Made by a program: the position numbers and the translations under genes. The notes beneath the pieces were generated by a model. It searched no databases, was not told the origin of the DNA, and was given only the letters and a program-made list of their open reading frames with translations. DNA of 64,000 nucleotides, taken from positions 53,258,001 through 53,322,000 of the forward strand of contig NC_135817.1 in assembly GCF_964213995.1 (NCBI RefSeq), in the 5' to 3' direction. This document shows positions 1 through 12,500 of the stretch, piece after piece (position 1 is the stretch's first letter; every line of letters starts with the position of its first letter). This DNA comes from Mustelus asterias. Lineage: Eukaryota.

Positions 1-529
1 GTTTCCCTTGATGCGGGAGGGGGACTGAGGCCACTGCCCCCCCCCCCCCCCAGGGGGAGGGATCGACTGAGACACATTAGAAACACCTGAACTCACACCT
101 CATCATAGAATTCCTACAGTGCCGAACGAGGCTTTTCAGCCCATGCAGCCTGCACCGACAACAATCCAGGCCCTATTCCCCCTAATCCCACACATATTTA
201 TCCTGCTAATCCCCATGACAGTAAGGGTCAATTTAACACAGCCAGTCAAGATAACCCACGTATCTTTGAACTGAGAGGGGAAACTGGAGCTACCAGAGGT
301 CGGAGTTTAGGTGTTTCTAATGTTTTGGTGCGGATCCAATGGGCCAAAGGGCCTCTTCTGCGCTGTATGATTCTGAGACCACTCTCCCTTTGTAAATTCA
401 AAACCACAGGGGAGAGATTATATTCACATAGACCCATTTCACTGTTACAAAATGTGCCAAACTGCAAATCATCACTTCTGATCTTATTAAATGTTGAAGA
501 TCACTTATCCTGCTGGTTTCCCACTCCAG

Positions 530-1025
530 ACATAGTCAGAGGTTTACAGCATGGAAACAGGCCCTTCGGCCCAACTTGTCCAGGCTGGCCTTTTTTTTAA
601 ACTCCTAAAATAATCCCAATTGCCTCGTTTGGCCCATATCCCGCTATACCCATTTTACCCATGTAACTGTAAATGTTTTTTAAAAGACAAAATTGTACCT
701 GCCTCTACGACTACCTCTGGCAGCTTGTTCCAGACACTCACCACCCCCTGTGAAAAAATTGCCCCTCTGGACACTTTTGAATCTCTCCCCTCTCACCTTA
801 AACCTATGCCCTCTAGTTTTAGATTCCCCTACCTTTGGGAAAAGCTATTGACTATCTAGCTGATCTGTGCCCCTCATTATTTTATAGACCTCTAGAAGAT
901 CACCCCTCAGCCTTCTACGCTCCAGAGAAAAAAGTCCCAGTCTATCCAACCTCTCCTTATAACTCGAACCATCAAGCCCTAGTAGCATCCTAGTAAATCT
1001 TTTCTGCACTCTTTCTAGTTTAATA
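530..1025 (-). mobile_element. CR1/HER1-type LINE 3' fragment
   Basis: LERVQKRFTRML.GL...SYKERLDRLGLFSLERRRLRGDL.EVYKI. Confidence 0.85.
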
Positions 1026-1489
1026 ATATCATTAATAATTAATGACCAAAAGACAGAGTTCTCCCAGAAACCTGATGGCATCACGGACTGGTTGCAGCAC
1101 AAGAAGTCTTTTAGCCTGCTACATTCCTGCCAGTTCTTTGCACCAGCATCTCAGTTAACCCCCACACACTCCTGCCTTTATTCTCCCCCCCCCCACCTCC
1201 CCCCCCCCCCCCCCCCCCCCAAATCCAGCATTTCTCTTTACCCTTCAGATGCTTAAGCAATCCAGTTTTGAACGCCCTGATTGAATCTGCCTCCACCACA
1301 TTCTCTGGTAGTGCATTCCACATCCTAACACTGCCTGCATAAAGATATTTTTCACCATGTTACTCTTGATTCTTTTGCCAGTCTTCTTAAATAACATCCT
1401 CTGGCGTTCTGACAATGATTCTTCTGGTCTTCACCATTCTGCCCACTAGCCTCTGTATTTATCGAATCATCCTCCAGAGTGATGTCACC

Positions 1490-1925
1490 ACAAAACACAT
1501 CTTCCCCTCTGCTTTCAGCATTCTGTAGAGACCATTCCCGCTGCAACACTCGGGTCCGCTCGTCCATCATCACCACATCTTCTTACAGCAACTTGCCTCC
1601 TTTCTCTCCATCCGTGACCCGAAATACTCCTTTCAGGTGAAATGATTTATTTATATTGACAATTTGCTCACAACTGGAGGAGGGACTGAATACAGATTGA
1701 CTGACTGCTTTGTGGAAAACTTTTTCTCAGTTCACAAGTATCACCTGAACTTTTCAGTCACCGTGTCATTTGAATTATCCAACTTGCTCCCACTCTAACC
1801 TTTCTGTCCTCTGTCTCGTCCAGTGTTTCAGTGACGTTGATTGTAAATTTGGAGATCAACACTTCATTGTTCAACTGGGTACTATACAGCCTTCTGGACT
1901 CAACATGGAGTTCCACAATTTGTAG
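1490..1925 (+). mobile_element. Degenerate Penelope-like GIY-YIG remnant
   Basis: Ends with a decayed KLE.QH...QLGTIQPSGLNMEF motif typical of PLE C-termini. Confidence 0.55.
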
Positions 1926-2407
1926 ATTGCAACATCTGTTTCTGGTTTCTTTGCTGGTTTTGGTTTTTCCCTTGTCTTATCATTCTGCCACTCACATCTG
2001 GAGGCATCTTTTCTTACTTTTACCTGTGCCATTGCCATTTCCTTTGGTCTTGCATCATGTACTCTGTCACCATTTAATCTTTCCTGTTATCCACCTGATT
2101 ATAGACCTTTTTTGTTCTTTTTAATGTTTAGTTTGTTTCTCTCTCCACACATGCTGCCAGACCTGTGTGTTGGCCAACTTTCTTTCCTCACCCACCAGCA
2201 CCATCAAAAATTCTTTCTGGTTCCAATATGACATGGATGTCCTACTCAGCTACAATTCCACCTTCTCTTCTCCCTTGCTCCTAACCCTCAAGACACTGCA
2301 AAGTTACCATTTCTCACACCTGACACTTTCTAATCATAACTATCAAATTATCGTCAAAAAAACCCTATATACTGGAAAACTGGAAGAAATAAAGAGCGCT
2401 GGTAATT

Positions 2408-2720
2408 ATCATAGAATCCCAACAGTGCAGAAGGAGGCCATTTGGCCCATCGAATCTGCACCAACCACAATCCCACCCAGGCCCTATCCCCATAACCCCA
2501 TACATTTACCTGAGCTAGTTCCCCTGATGTTAAGGGGCAAGTCAGCATAGCCAATCCACCTAACCCGCACACCTTTGGACTGCAGGTGGAAACCGGAGCA
2601 CCCAGAGGAAACCCACACAAACAGAGAGAATGTGCAAACTCCACACAGACAGTGACCCAAGCCGGAAATTGAACCCTGGCGCTGTGAGGCAGCAGTGCTA
2701 ATCACTGTGCCACCATGCTG
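2408..2720 (-). mobile_element. HE1-type tRNA-derived SINE
   Basis: Head gcatggtggcacagtgattagcactgctgcctcacagc, core tgtgtggagtttgcacattctc, LINE-like tail. Confidence 0.85.
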
Positions 2721-3034
2721 CGAATTGCAGGTTCATTTTGTTGCTGATTATTCATCTGTGAAGCTGCCTTGTTCGCAACAAATGCAATAGAAACTGGAAG
2801 TGTTGGCAAAGGTCTTTCAGCAAAATGAGATTTCATCAGAATGAAACAAGTCTTTCGCCCTTCACAAATGGTGCCTGGCCTGTTGACAGTTTCCAGCATT
2901 GTCTGCTTTTACTTCTGGTTTCCAGCATCTGCAGTTTTTTTTTGCTTCTACTTTTGTATGATTAATATGTCCATAGATGAAGTGGACTGGATAAATAGGG
3001 CATATATGTCTTTTCAAGTGGAATGAATATTTGA

Positions 3035-3370
3035 GGGGGGCACTCTTCAGAGCAGTACCCAAAGTACTGCACTATTGGAGGGGCCATCTTTGGATGAGAT
3101 TTTAAGCTAAGTCTGTCCTTCACGTGGATGTAAAAGATCACTTGCACTATTTGTAGAAGAACAAGGAAGTTCTGCTGAAGCCTGGCCAATATTTACCCCT
3201 GAGCCAACACCTAAAGCAGGTAGTCTAGTTTATTTCATCACTGTTTGTTGGAGTTTTCAGTGAGCAGATTGACTACCATGCCTCCTATGTTACACCACTG
3301 AGTTCAAAAGTACTTCATTGGCTGAAGTCCTGAACTTATGACAAGTGCTCTATAAGTACAAGTCTTCCTT
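3035..3370 (+). mobile_element. Old Deu-domain SINE (SacSINE1/AmnSINE1-like)
   Basis: tactgcactattggaggggccatctttggatgaga...gtggatgtaaaagatc...cctggccaatatttaccc resembles the recalled Deu domain. Confidence 0.6.
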
Positions 3371-3416
3371 ATTTTTATTTCTTTGCCCTAACTCTTTTCT
3401 TGATTGTGTCCTGTAG

Positions 3417-3525
3417 GAACACCCTGTTTTCTGAAGACAGGTGTGAGAGATGGAGCAACCAAAGGAAAGAGTTTCTATATCTGTGCAAACAGAGGTTCAC
3501 CATGTGCATTCACACAGCTTGCTGA
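3417..3525 (+). CDS. TTF2: TTF2 coding exon 2 (N-terminal Zn finger)
   Basis: ctgtag|GA...GCTGA|gtacg; (G)[35 protein letters not shown]. Confidence 0.93.
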
Positions 3526-6500
3526 GTACGTATTGCCTGTTCTACTTCACAATATAGAGGAAGAAATAGTAATGTCTTGTTGAGAACTTTTTGTGTTGGA
3601 ACATTTAAGGTGCAAACCTTCTGAACCCAGTTGGAAACCTTTGGTGTAAAACTTGATATTGAATTTGAGGGGTTGCTAGAAATTGATGAGAGGATATGTT
3701 TCCCCACAGTAGATCTCACTGACTGATCAATACATGAGGCTTTATTCTCCCATTGTCTATCCCTCCCCATGTTTCTGGTTGTGGAGAGTTACTGATGAAG
3801 GAAATATTTCCTATTCTCAAAACAAATGAGACTATCTTGACATAATGGTTGGAATTTAGTGACAAGCTTGTGGGGGGGGGGGAGGGGGGGATTTAATCAG
3901 GCGGGAGGGTGGTAGATGGGTACCTGCCACCTACCTGTCTCTGTCCCAATAAAGTCAGTGGCAGAAAAGCCTGTGGATAGCCTTTCTGCCTCGCCATGAA
4001 TCGACGTCTTTAAATGGCGATTATTGTCCATTTGAGGGCCTCATCCTGCTGCAGCGAATGGTGATTCGCTATGCTGGAAACCTGGAAAGCAAACATTGTT
4101 GGGTATGCTTGCAGGTTTCCAGGAAGGTGCCTTGTTCAAAGACACTCCAGGCCTGATTGACCCAGCATCGGGAAGTGGGTGCCTGCTGAGAGCTATTCGT
4201 CCTTTCCCCATCCCACATCACCCACCCGTGTCTGACTCCAGTGATGCTACTGAGTCTTGATTTGGTGCATTACCGGTAGCAGTCACTGCCTTCTGGTGGC
4301 GCCACTGAGAAGTGAAAGCTACTGGCCTCTGATTGTCAAGTGATTTGATTTATTATTGTCACATGTATTGACATACGTGAAAAATATTGTTTCTTGCACG
4401 CTATACAGACAAAGCACAGTGTTCATAGAGAGGGAAACGAGAGAGTGCAGAATGTAGTGTTACAGTCATAGCTAGGGTGTAGAAAAAGATCAACTTAATG
4501 CAAGGTAAGTCCATTTAAGAAATTGCATTATTAAAGCATTGTTCGAGAGTTTAAAAGAATTAGAATGAAGTTTTAGAAGCATAGAGCGAGAGTAAAAGAT
4601 AGAATTAGAAGTTTTGCTGGGTACAGCTTGCAAGAAGTCGCCTCGCTCCAGTGCCATCTTGGAGTTGTGGGACTTCACACCTGGGGAAGTGCCTGATTGG
4701 CACTTCATTTCGCAGGCCTTCCTTCCCCAAAGGAGACAACGCGGGGTTATAGCCGCTTCTTCAGCCGATGGGTGTGACCCCCTTTGCTTCCATTAAATAC
4801 CACCCACTGATTTTGTCTGAGTTTATTGAATTGTATTGCCTCAGCTCAATATGGGATACAAATAAAAATAATCCACTAATTTGTTTGTAGACATCCCCTC
4901 CTGCACCCTTTGCAATTATCTGAATGCACGCAGGTGCAGCAGGTGGTAAAGAAGGTAAATGGTATGTTGGCCTTCATAACAAGAGGATTTGAGTACAAGA
5001 GCAGGGATGTCTTGCTGCAATTGTACAGGGGCTTGATGAGACCACACCTGGAATATTGTGTGCAGTTTTGTTTTCCTTATCTCAGGAAGGATGTTCTTGC
5101 TATAGAGGGAATGCAGCAAATGTTTACCAAACTGATTCCTGGGATGGCGGGACTGAAGAGAGTGAGTCAGTTAGGATTGTATTCGCTGGAGTTTAGAATG
5201 AGAGGGGATCACCTAGAAACCTATGATATTCTAACGGGACTGGACAGGGTAGACGCAGAAAGGATGTTCCCAATACCTGTGATATCCAGAACCAGGGGAC
5301 ATAGTCTAAGGACATGGGGTAATGGAGATGAAGAGAAATTTCTTTACCCAGAACATGATAAGTCTGTGGAATTCACTACCACAGAAAGTGGTTGAGGCCC
5401 AAACATTATATGTTTTCAAGAAGCAGTTAGATATAGCTCTAGGGGGGTTAAAGGATATGGGGGGTTGATGGGATCAGGCTATCAAATTGGATGATCAGCC
5501 TGACGATCAGGATTATAATGATGGAGCAGGCTCAAAGGGTCAAATTGACCTCCTCCTGTTCCAATTTTCTATGCTTAACTGAACAGTATCCTTTTTCACA
5601 AACTGCACCAAGATACATGTGAAATCTAGTCAGAAACCCTAAGTGCCAGTGTATAAATAAGATTCAATGTTTGCCTCACAATTTATTTTCTTTGTAAGTA
5701 GTGAAGCTTACGTTATGAATGTTGTGCATGTACAATTGTAGTTAAAAAAAAATCAGTCTTTAGATTGAATGTATGTCAGATATTTATAAACATGATTCCA
5801 TTTCTGAAGTGGTGATGCAGACTCTTTTTTTAAAAAAAAATCAGGGTAACTGTTAACAGTGAGAACCTTAACTGATTTCCTTCCCCATCTCCAACTTATT
5901 CCCGAGTACAGAGACACTGAGACCAATTTCCAAAGCCCCACCTAGTAAATTTTTATTATATTTCATCTTGGGCATTTTGTTGTTGTTGTTCCCAAAAGAG
6001 AAAATGCTGGAAAATCTCAGCAGGTCTGGCAGCATCTGTAAGGAGAGAAAAGAGCTGACATTTTGAGTCCAGATGACCCTTTGTCAAAGCCAGTTGAGCT
6101 GTCTATGACAGATGCTGCCAGACCTGCTGAGATTTTCCAGCATTTTCTCGTTTGGTTTCAGATTCCAGCATCCGCAATAATTTACTTTTATTGTTGTTGT
6201 TGTCTCCTGATAATGAGGTTTACACTAATAGCTATGTGATCTGCAATAACTGGTAGTTTGTCTTTCTTTCCCAGTATTCCTGTGTCTCACTGTCTGATAC
6301 ATGAAGGTTCGGTTGTAGAACTTCAGGCCATCTCTCGAAAACAGGATGGCCAGTCTTATCGGTATGATTTATTATTATATAAGCAACTCCAGTTGATATT
6401 TCACATCAAATGCCATGAAATCCATGTAGTACTGAAAAGCCTTTTTGTTTCTTATTCTGAGGGGCAGGCGAAAGGGTGACCATACCATTTTACACATTAG

Positions 6501-9500
6501 TTTTGCAACCGGATCTTGTGCCTGGGTGCATTTACCTAGTAGGCCAGCAGAGGAAGTGCAGTTCCTTGTTTATACCAGGTTTTGGTTTCATTCCTTTGGA
6601 TATGATCTCTTTTCCTCATGGTGTGAGCTGGTGATGATGTTTAGCCTTTTCTCATTCCAAAGTTTGGCCATTCAACTGCAGGACTTGGGCTTTAAGAAAC
6701 TGGTGTGTCCTAGACATTCTCGTCATTGTGAGTCACTTCCACAATATACCAGATTGTTTTCTTTCTGTGGTCACCTCATAGAATCACTCTGGTGTGCAGA
6801 GCTGTTCCTGTATGTAAGCTTGTTGATCTGGTATCTGTTTATTAATGTGAAGAAAGTTTAATAAGTGTGACTGAGGCACAGTTTAGTACTTGATTCTGAT
6901 TTCCAGTGCTTGTCTTGTGTTTTCTGTAGGTTATATTATCGCTGTGCGAAAGGCAAGGCAGATAATCTGAAATGGTGCGGAAATGTTCCCTGGCAGGTAT
7001 GGACCTTCAGTAGGAGTTGATACTTGGCATTCATCAATAGTTAAGATGTTGTAATGTTGATGACGCACTGTCATAGAGGTATACAGCACAGAAAAAGGCC
7101 CTTTGGCCCATCACATTTGCGCCAGTTAAAGACAAACCACCTAACTATTCTAATCCCATTTTCCAGCACTTGGTCCATAGCCTTGTATGCCTTGGCATCA
7201 CAAGTTCACATATAAATACTTCTTAAATGTTATGAGGGTCTCTGCCTCATGGCTTCATTTGAACAGCCTTCTAAAATGTTGTCCCTCTTTACTGCTGTAA
7301 TTGATTCCCTAGTCAAACTCAAGACACCCCCTCCTCTTTTACCTCCTTCCCTGTCTTGGCTGAAAATCCTATATCCTGGAATAAATCATAGAATCCCTAC
7401 AGTACAGGAGGAGGCCATTTGGCCCATCGAGCCTGTACCGACCACAATCCCATCAAGGCCCTATTTCCATAACCCCACGCATTTACCCTCGCTAATCCCC
7501 CTGACACTAGGTTCAATTTTAGCATGGCCAATCGACCTAACCCGCACATCTTTGGAGTGTGGGGGGAAACCGGAGGAAACCCACGCAGACATGGGGAGAA
7601 TGTGCAAACTCCACATAGACAGAGACCCGAGGCCGGAATTGAACCTGGGACCCTGGCGCTGTGAGGCAGCAGTGCTAACCACTGGGCCACCATGCTGCCC
7701 TGCCAATAAGCTGCCAATCCTGCCCCTCCAACCATGTCTCAGAGACAGCAATGACGTCTTACCCCCATGTTTTGATTTGTGCTGTCAACTCGTCTGCCAT
7801 GTTCACCCTTGCATTAAAATAAATACCATCCAAGATTGCCGAACTCCCTTATCCATTAACTGGCCTATAGCTTCTCTGCCTTTGTGACTCACCTTGCTGT
7901 CTCTTCTCATTTTGGCTGTGCATCTCCCCTTGCTGAACTTTCAGGATCCCATGCTCCTGCCAAGTTATTTTAAACCCTCCCCGATGGCACTAGCAAAACT
8001 TCCTGCAAGGACATTGGTCCCATTTTGGTTCAGATGCAACCCGTCCACCTTGTACAGGTTCTACCATTCCCCAAAACGGTCCCAATGTCCCAGAAGTCTG
8101 AAGTCTTCCCTCCTGCACCATCTCTCCAGCCACACATTCATCTGGACTAACCACCTAGTTCTATACTACCTAGCATGTGGCACCGGATGTAAGCTACCTT
8201 CTGGGTCCTATTTTTTAAACTGCTTCTTTGCTCCCTAAATTCTGCTTGCGGGACCTCATCCCTTTTTCTACCAATATCGTTGGTACCAACATGAACCACA
8301 ATCTCTGTCTGTTTACCCTCCCCCTTTAGAATTCCCTACAGCCATTCAATGCCATCCCTGACCCTGGCATCAGGGAGGCAATTGTGTTATTACCAAAAGC
8401 TAAAGGTATGGATTGTTAATATCTTAAATAATTGAAATGTTGCTGTTATGGTTTCTGGTATTATAGTTTTGAACTGGTGTTAGGGATGAATAAGAGGAAG
8501 TCTTGCATTTTTAAAACACCTTTCATGACCTCAGCATTTCCCAAAGTGCTTTACAGCCAATGAAATACTTCACTGTTGTAAAACAGGAAATCATATTTAG
8601 TGCATTTTTGCAACTCCAAAAGTGGTTTGTGATTATTCATTTTAGAATGAGGTCTGTGGATGGGAGTTGCTCTTTGTATGTTCTTGAGCCTCCAGTTTTC
8701 TTTTCCATTAAAATCAATAGGACAGATGAATGTTAAAATCCTCGACAGGGTTGTTGTCCAAAATGATACAAAATGCATTCAATTGTAGGGAGCCTCTGAA
8801 ATCCACCAGGCCAATCAAGTCTTTATATTTTCTCAATTTTCCATGATTCAGAACTTTTTTCAGAATAAAAAAAACATATGTTGCATATGGTAATGTTTTC
8901 CTTTTATTTAAAAACACTGATTTGTGCACAAGTTTAGTTATTATTATGAGACTAGGTGATAGTAACAAGAAAGACCTTAATGGTATTAAAAACACATGTT
9001 ATGGCTTTGACAAAACCATTGTAGAATTTAATCCAGTGGTGCTGGCTGGAAACATGGTTAAAGTTTCCTTATCCATCTTCTGCAACTGGTTTTCCATGGA
9101 TTAAAGCAGTATGTTTTTGCATTTCAGACCTGAGATTCCAAATTAAATTATTGGTATGAAAAATTTCTGTTTTGATAAGTAAACATGTGCACTGAAGTGA
9201 GTATAACTCATGTCTGCTAATACCAGTATTGGGATCACTCTTTATTCTCATTCAAAGAGGCCAAACAATTGAATCAAAGTATGGTTACAGCACAAAAGGA
9301 GGCCATTCAGCTCATCGTGTCCATGCCAGCTCACTGCAAATAACTCCTCTAGTGCCAATCCATTACCTTTTGTCTCATAGTCTTGCAAATTTTTGCTTTT
9401 CCGATAATTATCTAATTTTCTGTTGAAGGCTTTGATTGAACTTTCCACCAACATATTCTTGGGCAGTTAATTTTTGGAAAGTGGAACAATTGTTTAAAAG

Positions 9501-12500
9501 ATCTGTATTTCTGAGGTTTGACTTCAGGCGCAATATGAGTGATATGCTTTGGATTGTTTCTCCTGTACAAGGTCTCTGCTATCTTTAGTATTTGATGCTC
9601 GCATGAAATTTAGGAATAGGCAAATAATCCCTCAACACTGACACCCTCACAATAACAAAAAGGCACAGATAGTATATTCCACATGGATTTATTCTGCTGG
9701 TTTTCCATGTAAGATTCAATTTGTCCAGACTCCACAATATGCCTTCCTTTTTGGATGTGCACAGGAAATATTAAACATTGATATTCATGTTTTTCAGGGA
9801 TCAAGTTCAAAGCTATCATCAACAGACAGAGAGGCCCATGATGCTGGAGGGCAGCTCCACCATACTAAGAAGCAAGAACGAAATCCTTTTCGAGCTCCAA
9901 GCGAGAATCGGAAGCCATTCACCTGGAAATTTGACTCCAATAACAGTAGCAGCCAAGAGACTGAGTTTGAAAGAAACAAAAAACATAATGAGGATGAAGA
10001 AGAAAGGTTAAAGTTGAATGGTTTACCAGTAACAGATAAACAGGTGGTGAAAAAGGTTCCTGGTGGGTTCAAAGTCAAGGAAAAGTCATCTGGTGAGGTT
10101 GAAAAGCTAGTTGCTATGGATTCTGAAGGAACTCGAAGAGAAGTAATTCATCCTTCGTGTGATGCTGGAACAGAAAGGACTGACTTGAACAAAAAGAAGG
10201 GTCACAATTTCAAACCACTTAGCCTCTTGGCAACTGACAAAGAAACATTGTCAAAGCCATGCCCATCTACAGAGAGGGATACAGTTCAGCTAGGATCTGA
10301 GAAGAAGCATGTTCGGGAAGAATTATCTAAGCATTCGTCACATCATGGGAACACTACAACAACCAGCAGCGTGCGCTCGAAAAGTGATCAATGGAGGGAC
10401 AGACAATCAGCAAGCAGTAAAAGCGAATGTAGTCGTGAAAATGAAAAGTCAAATAGCACTCAGGAGTGCTGCATAACCAAGATCCCCCATCAGACTGAAC
10501 TAAAAGATACTCAGGAAAACTGCTCGGGTCAGACACAACAAACCACTAAATACACTGCAACCGAAGACTGTTCAGTTATTTCAACACAGAACTCTGATTC
10601 AAACAGGAAAGCAAATAAAGAGATTAAATCACATGGACAAATACATGCAGAGGCACCTGTTTGCATTGAAGCAAAAAATAACTGTAGAAAATTAGAGCAA
10701 AGTACACTTGGTAGTCAGTCAGCGGATACCAAGCAGACAGACGTTGCAAGAAAAACAAACATAAGTAATGGACAGAGAACAATCACAATGTTTCCTGGAT
10801 TTGAACACACATCAGCACCCACTGAAACCAAGAAAACTGTGGCACTGCACAACCAGCTGACGTCTCAACTTAAACAGACAAAGGTAATACAAAGGGGCTG
10901 TGGCATCCTATTTCTATCTTTCTTTGGGATGATGGGTACCATTGGCAAAGCTAACATTTATTGCCTTGCCTAGTTGCCCTTGAAAAAGTGATGGTGGGTC
11001 TTTATGAATAACCTCAACCTAAGTGATGAAATTGTCAGGTAGGAAATTGCAGGGTTTGGAGCCAGAGAGTACGAAGGAACAGCAATATATCTCCAGGTCT
11101 CGATGATGTGTGACCTGAAAGTGGCAGTGATTTAAGACACCTGATGTCCTTGTTTTTCTAGATCATAGAAATCATAGAAACCCTACAGTACAGAAAGAGG
11201 CCATTCGGCCCATCGAGTCTGCACCGACCACAATCCCACCCAGATATCTCTACATATTTTAACCGCTAATCCCTCTAATCTACGCATCCCAGGACACTAA
11301 GGGGCAATTTTAGCATGGCCAATCAACCTAACCCGCACATCTTTGGACTGTGGGAGGAAACCGGAGCACCCGGAGGAAACCCACGCAGACACGAGGAGAA
11401 TGTGCAAACTCCACACAGACAGGGACCCGAGCCGGGAATCGAACCCAGGTCCCTGGAGCTGTGAAGCAGCAGTGCTAACCACTGTGCTACCGTGCCGCCC
11501 CACGGCGTGGAGATAGTGGAGATGGTGGGTTTCCAAGGTGAAGCTGAAACCTTGGTGAGAGATATTTTGGGAAAATACTAAGATGGGTCTGAATTAAGTG
11601 TAGTGTATTGTGATATTGGGAATAAGGCCTGCATTTAAGTTTCATCTATTATCTTGATGCGGTTGGTATAGGAACCCACAAGTGTAGAAAGACAGTACTA
11701 ATCCTAAAGACAATGGAAAGCTAGCACATAATTGTGATGAAACAGAACTGGTTAATGTAAACTGTTTAAAAACTGAGTGTTTTCAAACTAAGTTGTTCTG
11801 AATCCATACTAGTTTCCTATAAACGGATCTAGTCAATGGAATGAATTTTGCAGATAGTTTCTCCGGGTAATTATGTGAATGTAAATTTCATGTTTAATGT
11901 GAAAATCTTGGATCATTTGAACCACTTGGAGAAGTTAAGTTTCTATTAATTCTATTTGCCTGTGTTTGTAGAATGGCTGTAATAGGGAATTATCAAAAAT
12001 AATTCACAGAATTGTTAAAGTTGCAACAGGTAAATAGTGTGTTCAGAATGACAAAGCCAATTGGTATACTGCTATTAATTTCTAACTGTGCTTCAAATAA
12101 GTGTCATTCTTTACGCTGTTCAGATGTCAATCTATTACACTGTGAATATCTTAACACGGCTGTCTATTTAATAATAATTTGCTACATTCATGATGGGTCA
12201 ACAGGGGGAAAACAATCTTTAATTTCTAGAAGGAAAATGAGAAGTGTAAATGTTTCATTTTACAGAATACTCTGAGAACAGTAAATGTTGCTGCCCTTCC
12301 CGACAAAGGTCAGAGGTTAATAAATCAAGTCAAAGACCTGGAGGATGCTCTCAGTGCATTATGCCTATCCACTACCGATGACACTGAGAAAGGTATTATA
12401 CTGAGCTTATTAAAATTAATGAAGCATTCTCTTGAATGGATGAGCAGAATATTTTCAAAGTTACAGGAGTGTTTGATACTGTGCTGACTTAAATCTGATT

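Noticed and set aside
1-3416. TTF2 exon 1
   Set aside because: No ATG-initiated short exon resembling the expected ME..C..H(G) with a donor was found; it probably lies upstream of the window
7249-7887. 212-aa ORF and the many similar ORFs (MVSTAASQ..., MGRMCKLH...)
   Set aside because: Chance open frames in HE1 SINE copies
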